Origin: Patescibacteria group bacterium
GTDB lineage: Bacteria > Patescibacteriota > Microgenomatia > UBA1400 > PJMF01
DNA length: 64,000 nt
Assembly (NCBI GenBank): GCA_016861205.1
Contig: BOKX01000001.1
Location: 328,539-392,538 of the forward strand
Direction of reading: 5' to 3'
How positions within the stretch are numbered: the stretch's first letter is position 1; the number at the start of each line of letters is the position of its first letter. Under the pieces are notes generated by a model. It was given only the letters and a program-made list of their open reading frames with translations. It was not told where the DNA came from and made no database searches. Positions 18,584-27,620 of the stretch are shown in pieces. Position numbers and translations under genes: made by a program.

Positions 18584-20359
18584 CTAATTCTTATCTGGTG
18601 GCATTTCAAGCATCAGAAATAATTTTTCGGCTAGTTGGTACCATAGGGGTGCGGCTGTCTCGGCTGCCCAGACAGAACTGGTGGGTTCAGTTAACTTGAC
18701 CAGCATAATGAACTTAGGGTTTTCTGGTGGGGCGAAACCAATAAAACTGGCCACAGTTTTGGTCTCATCGTACGTACCATCTATCGCAATTTGAGACGTG
18801 CCTGTTTTAGCCGCCACCCGATGTGTTTTAGCAGCCGTCCATTTTGCCTCGCCTGAGGCTGCGGCGACTTCCATCATTTGCGTGACGAGCTGAGCAGTCT
18901 CTGGTCTGATCGCCACTTGCTCGACGATTGGCTGAGCCACAAGTTCTTCACCAGTGACAGGATCCTCAACTTTTTCCACAATCATTGGTCGCATTACCAC
19001 CCCATGATTGGCAATAGCGTTGATAGCTTTAACCAACTGAAGGCTCGTCGTACTTATTCCTTGCCCAAATGAAATCGTAGCTAACTCGACAGGCCCCCAT
19101 TTGCTTGGGAATGGTGGTGACGAGTCCTCTTGCCAGTCAGCGTATGTCCGCTCACCAACTCCAAACTTACGTAAATAGTCTTTAAACAAATCAGCCCCGA
19201 GTAAGTCAGTCACAAAAATCATGGCTGTATTATCTGATTTGGCCAGTGCTTCAGTCATAGTGATATTCGGGTGGTACTCATTGTTCCAGGTTTTGATACT
19301 GTACTTGCCGATCTGACGGGGGCCATCGCAAACTGGGCAAGGTGTATCAGGCTTAATGACACCCGCATCGATACCAGCCGCCACCGTAAGAGTTTTAAAG
19401 GTAGAACCAGGTTCATAAGCGTCACTTACACTTGGTAACTTGTACACTTCACCAGGAAACTCGTTAAAGTACGTAGGATCATAATTAGGATACGTGGCCA
19501 AGGCCAAAATTTTACCCGTGGCAGGCTCCATAATAATGATTTCACCTGCTTTGGCCCCATAACGCTCAATACCGCGATATAACATCTGAACTGCCAATCG
19601 CTGAATGTCCCGGCGGATCGTCAGAACCACATTCCGACCTGCCGGACGATCGGTCACAGCACTTTGACCCCAAAGATGAAAACCTAAAGCATCCTTTTCC
19701 ACAATTCGTTTGCTCGAGCGAGACTGGAGTTCTTTGTCGAGTGCCCCTTCAATTCCAAAGTAGCCGGTCGGTTGATCAGCATCATTGCGCCCCACAAAAC
19801 CAGTAATGTGTGCTGCAAGCGACGCTTCAGGGTAAAAACGAACTTCGCCAGGTTCAAACCCCAAGCCAGCAATATCCAGCTGAGCCAGTTGGGCCCTAGT
19901 ATCAGCAGACAAACCTGGCATCAGTGACACCCACTTGCTGTCACTCTTGCCCAAACGAGCCAGGAGCTGGTTCTTGAGTGTTTCAGCAATCACTTGCCGG
20001 TCCGCCGATTCTGTAGCTTGCTGATACTCACGCCAGTTGGCCAGCAACACTGGCAAAACTTGTTCAGTGATTTCTTGTGGTGACTTTTCAAGCAACTGTG
20101 GTTGAGCAAATAAACGATATACGGTTTGGTTCCCAACCAACAAACTACCATCTGATGTGAAAATTTGTCCACGTGATCCTGAAATCGTTTGCGTGCGCTG
20201 GTACTGATCTTGCGCTTGAGCTTGGAGGGCTGTGCCCTTAATAATCTGCCAGTAAAATAACCGGGTAACAATCAAGCCTAGGCACACATAAACACTAATC
20301 CAAACGATCCGAAGTCGTCGCGTGTGAACGTGTGGTTCAAGTGAAGTGGTTTCTGACAT
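18584..20359 (-). CDS. ftsI: Class B penicillin-binding protein (FtsI/PBP3)
   Basis: N-terminal TM, RGQI, RFYP; transpeptidase motifs STFK, SDN, KTG. Confidence 0.93.
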   Translation of the reverse strand: MSETTSLEPHVHTRRLRIVWISVYVCLGLIVTRLFYWQIIKGTALQAQAQDQYQRTQTISGSRGQIFTSDGSLLVGNQTVYRLFAQPQLLEKSPQEITEQVLPVLLANWREYQQATESADRQVIAETLKNQLLARLGKSDSKWVSLMPGLSADTRAQLAQLDIAGLGFEPGEVRFYPEASLAAHITGFVGRNDADQPTGYFGIEGALDKELQSRSSKRIVEKDALGFHLWGQSAVTDRPAGRNVVLTIRRDIQRLAVQMLYRGIERYGAKAGEIIIMEPATGKILALATYPNYDPTYFNEFPGEVYKLPSVSDAYEPGSTFKTLTVAAGIDAGVIKPDTPCPVCDGPRQIGKYSIKTWNNEYHPNITMTEALAKSDNTAMIFVTDLLGADLFKDYLRKFGVGERTYADWQEDSSPPFPSKWGPVELATISFGQGISTTSLQLVKAINAIANHGVVMRPMIVEKVEDPVTGEELVAQPIVEQVAIRPETAQLVTQMMEVAAASGEAKWTAAKTHRVAAKTGTSQIAIDGTYDETKTVASFIGFAPPENPKFIMLVKLTEPTSSVWAAETAAPLWYQLAEKLFLMLEMPPDKN

Positions 20360-20646
20360 TACCGAACAGCAACAGTGGTGTTCAGTTTGACTATAAGAGG
20401 TTTCGTAATTGATTCATAGCCTGAGTCTTGAGCAGGTACCACAGCGGCCAACGCTGTTTTCTCTGCCAATTCAAGGCCAAGTTCTTGACGCTTAGCAGCT
20501 AGAACTCGATAATCGTGCTCCAGCTTGCTCAGCTTTTGAGCTTGAAACAAAAATAAACTCCCTTGATAGAGTGTGAAGGCCACCGCAGTGACCACCACCA
20601 CTCCTAAGCAGGAGTAAAAAGTGACGATGTTAAAACGTTGTTTCAT
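20359..20646 (-). CDS. ftsL: FtsL-like small bitopic coiled-coil protein
   Basis: 95 aa, TM followed by leucine heptads; between rsmH and ftsI. Confidence 0.6.
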   Translation of the reverse strand: MKQRFNIVTFYSCLGVVVVTAVAFTLYQGSLFLFQAQKLSKLEHDYRVLAAKRQELGLELAEKTALAAVVPAQDSGYESITKPLIVKLNTTVAVR

Positions 20647-21542
20647 ACTTCAAAAATGCGCAGCTTGGCGCTTCTAGATCGAGAGTTAACAGCTAGTTCT
20701 CGATCACCGGCCGTGACCGGATGCTTGGTTATGACTTTGCCTTTACCTTGACGTTCCCAGGTGTTAAACATTTGTTTAACCACTCGGTCTTCACCCTCAT
20801 GGAAAGCGATCGTGACAACTCGGGCAGGTGTTGTCAGAATCTCGAGGGCTTGTGGTAAAGCGCTGCGAATTGCGGTTAACTCATCATTCACGGCAATTCG
20901 CAAAGCTTGGAAAACTTTCGTGGCTGGGTGCAAGTGACCTCGTGGCTCTCGCTTCGTAGCCATAATGACTGCGACCAAGCCACTTACAGAATCGAGCTGA
21001 GTCATGTCGCCAGTCTGGCGAATCTCAACAATAGCGCGAGCAATTTTACGAGCCTCTCGTTCGCCACCATACTCAAAGAAAACTTGACTCAACTGTTTCT
21101 CACTCAGCAACTTGAGCAAGTCTTTGGCTTTTACTCCCAGTCGATCATCCATCCGCATGTCTAAGTCCCCGTCGCCAGCGAAGCTAAATCCGCGTTCCGC
21201 TGACATGAGTTGTTCGGTGCTGGTCCCAAAGTCAAATAAAGCACCTCTGATGTCACCAACTTGGCCAGAATCACGCAGAGTAGATACCACTTTGGCCAGG
21301 CGTTCAAAGTTTTCTCGAACGAGAATCAGTCGATTTTGGGCCAGCTCTGCGGCAAACGTGGTTTGACCATACTCAATCGCACCTTGATCGACATCGAGAG
21401 CAATAACTTTCGCCTGACGTGCCAAGATAGCTTGCGTATGTCCCCCGCGGCCAAATGTGCCATCGAGATACCACTCGCCAGCTTGCGGTTGTAAACCCGA
21501 GATGGCTTCATCAAGTAGGACTGGTATATGTTTACTCGTCAT
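20643..21542 (-). CDS. rsmH: 16S rRNA m4C1402 methyltransferase
   Basis: HIPVLL, DGTFGRGGH, LDMRMD, HPATKVFQALRIAVNDEL, RSRSAKLR. Confidence 0.97.
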   Translation of the reverse strand: MTSKHIPVLLDEAISGLQPQAGEWYLDGTFGRGGHTQAILARQAKVIALDVDQGAIEYGQTTFAAELAQNRLILVRENFERLAKVVSTLRDSGQVGDIRGALFDFGTSTEQLMSAERGFSFAGDGDLDMRMDDRLGVKAKDLLKLLSEKQLSQVFFEYGGEREARKIARAIVEIRQTGDMTQLDSVSGLVAVIMATKREPRGHLHPATKVFQALRIAVNDELTAIRSALPQALEILTTPARVVTIAFHEGEDRVVKQMFNTWERQGKGKVITKHPVTAGDRELAVNSRSRSAKLRIFEV

Positions 21543-21966
21543 AGGTTGGTGCCACTAATCGTTCTGCAATGGCTTCGGCTTGATCTTCAAGAGTGTCTCG
21601 ATACTGGTGATACTTGGTGACATCCCAAATTTCGATCCAGCGATAACTACCTAAAATCACGATGTCTTTACTCAAACCGGCAAAATCGATCAAGTACTCA
21701 GGCAGTTGCACTCGACCATTGTTGTCCACCGAAATTTGGCTGGCCTCATTCGTCATTAAACGAATGAAGTCTCGATTCATTTTTTTTGTCAAAGAGCGCT
21801 CTTCGAGCTCCTGCAAGTGCTGACCAAACTGACTCTCTCGAAACACAAACAATCCGCCGTCTAATCCTCTGGTCACAATCCAGTTGGTCTCTTGCTCTCG
21901 AAACTTTTTGGGGAGTGAAACTCTGCCTTTGGCTTCGAGATGGTGATAGAAAGTGCCGATAAACAT
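21532..21966 (-). CDS. mraZ: Division/cell wall cluster transcriptional regulator MraZ (start set to ATG 21966)
   Basis: MFIGTFYHHLEAKGRVSLP, TRGLDG, DNNGRVQLP, IEIW. Confidence 0.95.
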   Translation of the reverse strand: MFIGTFYHHLEAKGRVSLPKKFREQETNWIVTRGLDGGLFVFRESQFGQHLQELEERSLTKKMNRDFIRLMTNEASQISVDNNGRVQLPEYLIDFAGLSKDIVILGSYRWIEIWDVTKYHQYRDTLEDQAEAIAERLVAPTYDE

Positions 21967-21977
21967 TTTATAAGATA

Positions 21978-21999
21978 ATTTACCACTTTTTACCACTCA
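21978..21999 (-). promoter_or_regulatory. Probable MraZ operator, two AGTGGTAAA direct repeats
   Basis: Minus strand GAGTGGTAAA-AAGTGGTAAA with a 10-nt period just upstream of mraZ; GTGG repeats at 10-nt spacing are the known MraZ box pattern. Confidence 0.65.
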
Positions 22000-22004
22000 A
22001 TTAC

Positions 22005-22033
22005 ATACTAATTAATCATGTTTGAGACCTCAA
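22005..22033 (-). promoter_or_regulatory. Putative dcw operon promoter
   Basis: TTGAGG (22028-22033), 17 nt, TAGTAT (22005-22010), immediately upstream of the MraZ boxes. Confidence 0.5.
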
Positions 22034-22114
22034 GTAAATACCCAGTTTTACCGAAACCATGCCTCCCGACCCTACCGGCAAACCAAAAACTTATAATGTC
22101 TATGTGAATAGGTC

Positions 22115-22145
22115 AAAAAAAGCCCCCCGCCAACGGCGAGGGGCT
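22115..22145 (-). terminator. Rho-independent terminator closing the glyQS transcript
   Basis: AGCCCCUCGCC-GUU-GGCGGGGGGCU followed by a U run. Confidence 0.88.
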
Positions 22146-22168
22146 AACTATGAGTTAAAACTGAGTGC

Positions 22169-22975
22169 TTACTTTTTGACTACCACATATAACTCAAGCA
22201 GAGGCACTTCGGCAGTCACAGACTTGCCATCCACGGTCCCTGTAAACTCTTGCCATTTACTGCCATCCCAGCCCATGATGGCCAGTGAGCCTTCTTCGTT
22301 GGCTCGCATGGTCAAGGTACCCTTACCACTCAGAGTTGATGACGCGGCTAAGGAATATGGATCAGATACTGGTGTTCCCTTCAAACCTGTTGGATAACCT
22401 GGGGTGTTGTACACCACAACGTATCTTTGAGACGCTAGACTGTCGGCAGTTAACTGAAACTTGGCATCTTTTGAGCCCATGGCTGTTTCTTTAGCCTGGT
22501 TGTCAATATAGCGCCAATCAGATTTGACTGCGTAATTTTCTTGACCAGCAAACTTGAGGAGCAAGCTGCCACCTTTCACGTCAGTGTGATATGTACAGGC
22601 ACCACCAGCGCTGCAGCTCCCCAACAGGACTTGCTTTTGGGCCGGAACTGCATCCAGCTTGATAGAGTCAAACGCACCTTGAAGCAAAGAACCCGCTTGG
22701 TACTCCAGCTCGTACTCTACCTCAGTAGCCGGCTTGTTCAAGCTTTTGACTACTAAGACCAAGTTACGACCGTCTGCCAACGGGGCAATCTGCACATACG
22801 GGCGATCCGTGACCGGGATGACGTTGACCGGTTCTGAGACTTTGCGTTTCTTTTGCTCAGTTGGTGCGTTTTCGGCTGGTTTTTTGCCCCACATCTTCCA
22901 GGCAACCAAACCACCACCGAGCACCAGCACAGCCAAAACTACACCGGCAATTATGATCTGCGTTTTTCTTGACAT
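22169..22975 (-). CDS. Hypothetical membrane-anchored exported protein
   Basis: N-terminal TM, beta-rich ectodomain with the Cys pair LLGSCSAGGACTYH; AAGGAG RBS. Confidence 0.85.
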   Translation of the reverse strand: MSRKTQIIIAGVVLAVLVLGGGLVAWKMWGKKPAENAPTEQKKRKVSEPVNVIPVTDRPYVQIAPLADGRNLVLVVKSLNKPATEVEYELEYQAGSLLQGAFDSIKLDAVPAQKQVLLGSCSAGGACTYHTDVKGGSLLLKFAGQENYAVKSDWRYIDNQAKETAMGSKDAKFQLTADSLASQRYVVVYNTPGYPTGLKGTPVSDPYSLAASSTLSGKGTLTMRANEEGSLAIMGWDGSKWQEFTGTVDGKSVTAEVPLLELYVVVKK

Positions 22976-22996
22976 GAAGCTCCTTTAGTTGTTCAA

Positions 22997-24403
22997 CTAC
23001 TCTATCATAGTCGTCAGTCGTGACTCAAGCTCAGCGATTGGCACCCGAACTTGCTCGCCAGTATCACGATCTCGCCAAGTGACGGTCTGATCTTCGAGCG
23101 TCTGGAAGTCGATAGTCAGACAAACTGGTGTCCCAATCTCATCTTGCGACAAGTACCGTTTACCAATGTTTCCACGATCATCCCAAACAATTGCAAATTT
23201 TTTGGCTAGTTTGGCATACACTTCGTCAGCCGCCGCCACCAGTTCAGGTTTATTCTTGAGGAGCGGAAAAACAGCTGCCTTGTACGGAGCCAACCTGGGG
23301 CTGAGTCGGAGCACCAACCTGCCTCGCTCGCTGTCTTGCCAGAGAGCGTCACTGAGCACCATCAAGAAAAGTCGATTTACCCCAACAGCCGGCTCGATCA
23401 CGTGCGGAATAAACTTCTCACCCGTGTGTGGGTCGGTGTACTCCAAACTTTGGCCTGAATGTTCTTGGTGTTGTTTCAAGTCATAGTCTGTCCGATATGC
23501 AACCCCCCACAGCTCCTTCCAACCGAATGCGAATTGGTAATCCAAGTCATAGGTGTCCTGACTGTAGTGGCTGCGCTCCTTGTCCGTATGTTGGCGCCAT
23601 CGCAAGTTTGACTCCTTGATACCCAATGTGTGCGTTACAAACTGCCACATGGCCTGTTTCCAGTCTTCCAACGTCTGTTGCCAGTTGGTCTGCGCCGGGT
23701 TGAAGAAGTACTCAATTTCAGCTTGTTCGAACTCGAGGGTACGGAACACAAATTGACCGGTGGTGATTTCATTTCGGAAACTTTTACCAATGTTCCCTAC
23801 TCCGAATGGCAGTTGCACTCGAGTGGAGTCAAGGATGTTTTTGAAGTTAGTAAAGATACCCTGGGCAGTCTCACCTCGCAAATAGACCACACTTTTTTCG
23901 CCGGCGACCGTTCCGATAGATGTCTCAAACAACAAGTTGAACGCTTTTGGTTCGGTAACCGGGTTCCCATCTGGACTCAAGACCTGGTGCTCGGCGATAA
24001 AGGTGGCCATGTCTGGCAACTGCATGTTTTCTACAGCCACCGGTTCGCTCAGCTTGTCAGAGTGTTTTTCCAACCATGCCTCGATCAAGTGGTCAGCCCG
24101 GTATCGTTTGTGGGTTACCACATCTTCTACCAGTGGATCACTAAACGAGCCGACGTGACCAGACGCTACCCAAGTTTCGGGATGCTGCAAAATTTGGGTA
24201 TCAAGACCGATCATATCTCGCCGGGTGGTAATAAACTCGTGCCACCACAAGTTGCGGAGGTTGCGCAGCAGCTCCGTTCCCAAAGGCCCGTAATCATAGG
24301 AATTGGCTAAACCACCATAGATAACAGAAGTGGGATACACAAAACCACGTCGCTTAGCTAAAGACACTACGTCATCTAATGTGAACCGAGTTTGATCAGA
24401 CAT
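22997..24403 (-). CDS. glyQS: Glycine--tRNA ligase, alpha2 homodimeric type (start set to ATG 24403)
   Basis: AKRRGFVYP, YDYGPLG, YLRGETAQGIF, GKSFRNEIT, HVIEPAVG, IGKRY..QDEIGTP. The longer ORF-track start falls inside the T-box terminator. Confidence 0.97.
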   Translation of the reverse strand: MSDQTRFTLDDVVSLAKRRGFVYPTSVIYGGLANSYDYGPLGTELLRNLRNLWWHEFITTRRDMIGLDTQILQHPETWVASGHVGSFSDPLVEDVVTHKRYRADHLIEAWLEKHSDKLSEPVAVENMQLPDMATFIAEHQVLSPDGNPVTEPKAFNLLFETSIGTVAGEKSVVYLRGETAQGIFTNFKNILDSTRVQLPFGVGNIGKSFRNEITTGQFVFRTLEFEQAEIEYFFNPAQTNWQQTLEDWKQAMWQFVTHTLGIKESNLRWRQHTDKERSHYSQDTYDLDYQFAFGWKELWGVAYRTDYDLKQHQEHSGQSLEYTDPHTGEKFIPHVIEPAVGVNRLFLMVLSDALWQDSERGRLVLRLSPRLAPYKAAVFPLLKNKPELVAAADEVYAKLAKKFAIVWDDRGNIGKRYLSQDEIGTPVCLTIDFQTLEDQTVTWRDRDTGEQVRVPIAELESRLTTMIE

Positions 24404-24426
24404 GCTGACCTTTCCGCTGTTTGGAG

Positions 24427-24483
24427 AAACAAAAACCGTCTCTCCACAGCACTTCAAGTATGAACTACTGTAGAGGGACGGTT
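24427..24483 (-). terminator. Intrinsic terminator (attenuator) of the Gly T-box
   Basis: AACCGUC-C-CUCUACAGUA-G-UUCA / UGAA-G-UGCUGUGGAG-A-GACGGUU followed by UUUGUUU; mutually exclusive with the antiterminator. Confidence 0.9.
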
Positions 24484-24598
24484 CAAGACGAATCGCGGTT
24501 CCACCCTCTTTAGTGCATCATGTTTATCCAGTTAACGCACTCACTTTTGGGTTGATCTGTGACTCAGTGGCTGCCAACCACTTCATCATCAACAGACT
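24427..24598 (-). ncRNA. T-box riboswitch, Gly (GGC) specifier, ultra-short Stem I, no Stem II
   Basis: Stem I UCUG-U-UGAU-GAU-GA-AGUGGU-U[GGC]A-GCCACU-GA-GUCA-CAGA (K-turn layout); Stem III AGUGCGUUA..UGAUGCACU; T-box AGAGGG-UGGAACC-GCG..CGU-CCCUCU, whose UGGA complements the UCCA end of tRNA-Gly; then a terminator. Confidence 0.93.
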
Positions 24599-24604
24599 GG
24601 CGAC

Positions 24605-24633
24605 AGTATAATCTATGCGTCACCTAAACACAA
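24605..24633 (-). promoter_or_regulatory. Sigma70-type promoter for the Gly T-box leader
   Basis: TTGTGT (24628-24633), 17 nt, TATACT (24605-24610); +1 falls just before Stem I. Confidence 0.7.
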
Positions 24634-24653
24634 GTCAGCTACCACCATTTGAG

Positions 24654-25199
24654 TTATCTTTTAACGTGCAAGTAACTCCAACTTTTGAGTGGTTTATCAG
24701 CCAAAGCTGATACATACTCATTTAAGTTTTGATACTTGGTTTCAGACGGATGTTGGTAACCTAACTCAACCAGCAACTGTTCTAACTGAGCAGTTACACT
24801 TGCGGGCGTTGGCTGAGGTGAGACGATTTGACGCCGAATCTTGATGATGGTTTGGTATAACGTGTCATCGAGCTCTTCTTCCACGAACAACAGCTCGATC
24901 ATCTCAAGAACTTGACTCAGCTGGCGAAGTTTGGCCAAACTGCCACGAATGGGCGAACAATCAGACACCAACGTGGCCTGGGTTAACAAAGGCATGGATC
25001 GCGTCGAAATGAGTTGGCACTTAATGACGTTTCCCGGCTCTAAACTGGCGGCTCGACTGGAAGTTAACTTACGAACACCTTTAGCCAAACAGGCCACTTT
25101 ACCTTGGTCACGAACCAATAGGGTGACAACTCGGTCAGCTTCGCCGATATTATGTCGTTTCAAAACGAGGGCTTCTGTGGAATGGGCCCGACTTGGCAT
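24654..25199 (-). CDS. recO: DNA repair protein RecO (short form, no zinc finger)
   Basis: EALVLKRHNIGEADRVVTLL..GKV..LAKGVRK..S.R OB-fold signature. Confidence 0.9.
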   Translation of the reverse strand: MPSRAHSTEALVLKRHNIGEADRVVTLLVRDQGKVACLAKGVRKLTSSRAASLEPGNVIKCQLISTRSMPLLTQATLVSDCSPIRGSLAKLRQLSQVLEMIELLFVEEELDDTLYQTIIKIRRQIVSPQPTPASVTAQLEQLLVELGYQHPSETKYQNLNEYVSALADKPLKSWSYLHVKR

Positions 25200-27227
25200 C
25201 TAGAACGCAATTTCTACCTGCTTGTCCTTATCCATCGTCACTACTTCTTCGCCACCATTGACGTCCAAGGTGTGTTGAATCGGTCCGATGCCACCCTGTT
25301 TCCATAGCTTAAGGCGGTAAGTAGTTGCATCGCTGTAAGGTACTGAGTAGGTGATTTTAAGCTTTGCTTGACTCATTGGTTCTAGAATAAAGTAACCGTC
25401 AACTACTTGGAAACCGTTTTCCTCGTACTCCTTGGGCTGTTGAGTGAAACCTTGGGCTTCAATCAGTTGAGAACCCTTGGGCAAGTACAAACGATGCCAG
25501 TCTCGTAGTGTGGAGTTCAAACACAGCAAACCTGCCTCTAGGTTACAGTTATCACCGCGACGGCTGTTTTTATAGGTAATCTCAACCGTCTTAGTAAGCC
25601 GACCATTCTCGGGTGTGGACACCACCTGTTTGACCTCATAATCAGTGAACAAGTTAGATTTTGCACCACCCAAATTAGCATCAACTATTGCTAAGAAATC
25701 TTGACCTTCCGTGGGCGGCACCATTTCTCCAGTAGCGTTGATCTTGGTCAAGGCTGCCTGGGCATCAGTATCAAACAAGTAGAACTGGGCATGACGATCC
25801 GCAATCGATGCGAGCCCTGTCTCAAACAACTGTGGCCACTGCTGTTTTGGCGCAGTATAGGCTTTGGTCAAAATTGCCCGCATCAAAGGTCCGATGATCC
25901 CTTTTCGATCTTCCCGAATGTACGGCGTCGGCCGAGTAATAATTTCTGAGAGGGCCAAAATAATTTGTGGACAATCACACTTAGGATCATTTTCGGCCGA
26001 GAATGTACCGTAACCCTCAACTTGCACCGGGCCAAGTACCTTCAACAAATCAGTCAAAACATGGGTATCAACGGCGATGATGCCATCAATATCTTGCGGC
26101 TCACCTTTAACCAATTTGTAGTTGGCATAAAACTGATCCATCGAGACTTTGAAATCAGGCGAGATGTTCATGTCTCGTAGGTTCCAGTACTTCTCGGTGG
26201 TTAGGTAACGGCCGAGCGCCTCGGGAATAGCAATTTGCTTGTTGAACTTCTTATCAAGCTCGTAGATATCGTCAGATTTCTCTGGTGCCACCTTACCGTC
26301 CTCGATGTAAATAATCGAGTATGCAGTCAAGAATCCGCCGGTTGGTCGAAGCTCATTGTCGTTTTGAAACAGGATGAGGTATTTTTTGCGCTCACCTCTG
26401 CCACCCGCAATGGAAGGCAGCTGTTCGATAACAGGTCTGAACTCTGTCAGAGCCGTCACCGCTCCGGTGCTGAGCTCTTGCGCCTTCACTAAACTCGGTC
26501 TAACTGTGTAACCTTGAAAAGTCTCTGGATAGCGACCCGGCTCAATTGCCGCCAGCTCTGTCTCGACAACCTTCAGCTCACCAGTAATATCATCCATAGC
26601 TGGTGCCACCTTATCGAGCGTCTGCAACAGGAGCTTCAGCCGATCTTCTGCTGTTCCTCCAGCAAATGTTCCCTCACCGGTAAAACCAAGGACGTCTGCA
26701 TATGGAGTTACAGCTTGAATTGATTTCAAACCAGCCCGCAAACCGGCGTCGGCTGCGTTCAGACCATGCTCGCCATCAAGATAGTAGCTGCGAGCAACTG
26801 GGATCGCCTTGTAAAAAGATAGGCGGTTGTACGTACCGCGCATAGCTGTCACTTGGTCTTGGAGTTTCTTGAGCTCGGCCTCAGAACCAGGCAAGTTCTG
26901 GGCTTTGAACGTGTCATATGCTACTTGAGCCTGGACCTTAGCTTCGAGAGCCTGAGACTTAAGTTCGAAAACCACCTGGTACGTATAGAAAGCCATAACG
27001 CCACCAAGTGAGGCAAACAACACCAGTACCACGAGTACCCCGGCGAGCACTTTCTGCCACGGTTTACTTAAAAATCCGCGACGTGATGGGGCCAAAGGGG
27101 CTTCAGAACTCGCAGTTGCGGTGGCTGCGGCTGCAGACTGGTCTGAGTAGAGTGATTCAGTTACTTGATCAATCACTTGATCGTTCAATTGAGGGTCAGT
27201 ATTGGGGGCAGATGGCACAACAGACAT
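25200..27227 (-). CDS. DUF4012 domain membrane-anchored protein
   Basis: TM plus helical region, then YLILFQNDNELRPTGGF, WNLRDMNISPDF, DGIIAVD, NLGGAKSN. Confidence 0.85.
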   Translation of the reverse strand: MSVVPSAPNTDPQLNDQVIDQVTESLYSDQSAAAATATASSEAPLAPSRRGFLSKPWQKVLAGVLVVLVLFASLGGVMAFYTYQVVFELKSQALEAKVQAQVAYDTFKAQNLPGSEAELKKLQDQVTAMRGTYNRLSFYKAIPVARSYYLDGEHGLNAADAGLRAGLKSIQAVTPYADVLGFTGEGTFAGGTAEDRLKLLLQTLDKVAPAMDDITGELKVVETELAAIEPGRYPETFQGYTVRPSLVKAQELSTGAVTALTEFRPVIEQLPSIAGGRGERKKYLILFQNDNELRPTGGFLTAYSIIYIEDGKVAPEKSDDIYELDKKFNKQIAIPEALGRYLTTEKYWNLRDMNISPDFKVSMDQFYANYKLVKGEPQDIDGIIAVDTHVLTDLLKVLGPVQVEGYGTFSAENDPKCDCPQIILALSEIITRPTPYIREDRKGIIGPLMRAILTKAYTAPKQQWPQLFETGLASIADRHAQFYLFDTDAQAALTKINATGEMVPPTEGQDFLAIVDANLGGAKSNLFTDYEVKQVVSTPENGRLTKTVEITYKNSRRGDNCNLEAGLLCLNSTLRDWHRLYLPKGSQLIEAQGFTQQPKEYEENGFQVVDGYFILEPMSQAKLKITYSVPYSDATTYRLKLWKQGGIGPIQHTLDVNGGEEVVTMDKDKQVEIAF

Positions 27228-27271
27228 GAAGAGAAGTATACCTATGTCTCGGGCTAAAATGCAAGCTTTGA

Positions 27272-27589
27272 TCAGGATTTTAAGCGACGCCCAGACTGAG
27301 CGTGCTGCTTGAGTTGGGCTTCAGCTATCAAACTTAGACCTTCAGTAGCCAAACCGGTTGCTACCGCTGCTACTAACGTGACTAACGTCATCGGGATTTC
27401 TTGAATAGGTACTTTAAAAAACTCACTGGCTACTACGCCTTGACCACCAGCCAAAAACAAAGCCATAATTTCAGCGCTCATGAGCAGTCTTGAGTTTGCC
27501 ACATTCCGTTTAAAGCGCTCACCTTTGGCTTCCCATTCGGCACGTTGAGATTGCCGGCGACGGTTGTATATGTCAGGTCGAGTTACCAT
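27272..27589 (-). CDS. Small hypothetical membrane protein
   Basis: About 105 aa, two hydrophobic segments; TATACT lies 6 nt before ATG 27589. Confidence 0.65.
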   Translation of the reverse strand: MVTRPDIYNRRRQSQRAEWEAKGERFKRNVANSRLLMSAEIMALFLAGGQGVVASEFFKVPIQEIPMTLVTLVAAVATGLATEGLSLIAEAQLKQHAQSGRRLKS

Positions 27590-27620
27590 ACACAAAGTAT
27601 ATCACATGGTCTCGGGATCA

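Noticed and set aside
22034-22114. G-rich intergenic stretch and the 22059..22397 ORF, considered as an sRNA or small gene
   Set aside because: Only weak pairing by eye and no known motif; the ORF crosses a terminator and runs antisense to a real gene.
23630-24310. 226 aa plus-strand ORF
   Set aside because: Antisense shadow of glyQS.
24404-24457. N-terminal extension of GlyRS (MKCCGETV...)
   Set aside because: Lies within the T-box terminator; ATG 24403 has an RBS-like GGAAAGG and is followed by the conserved N-terminus.
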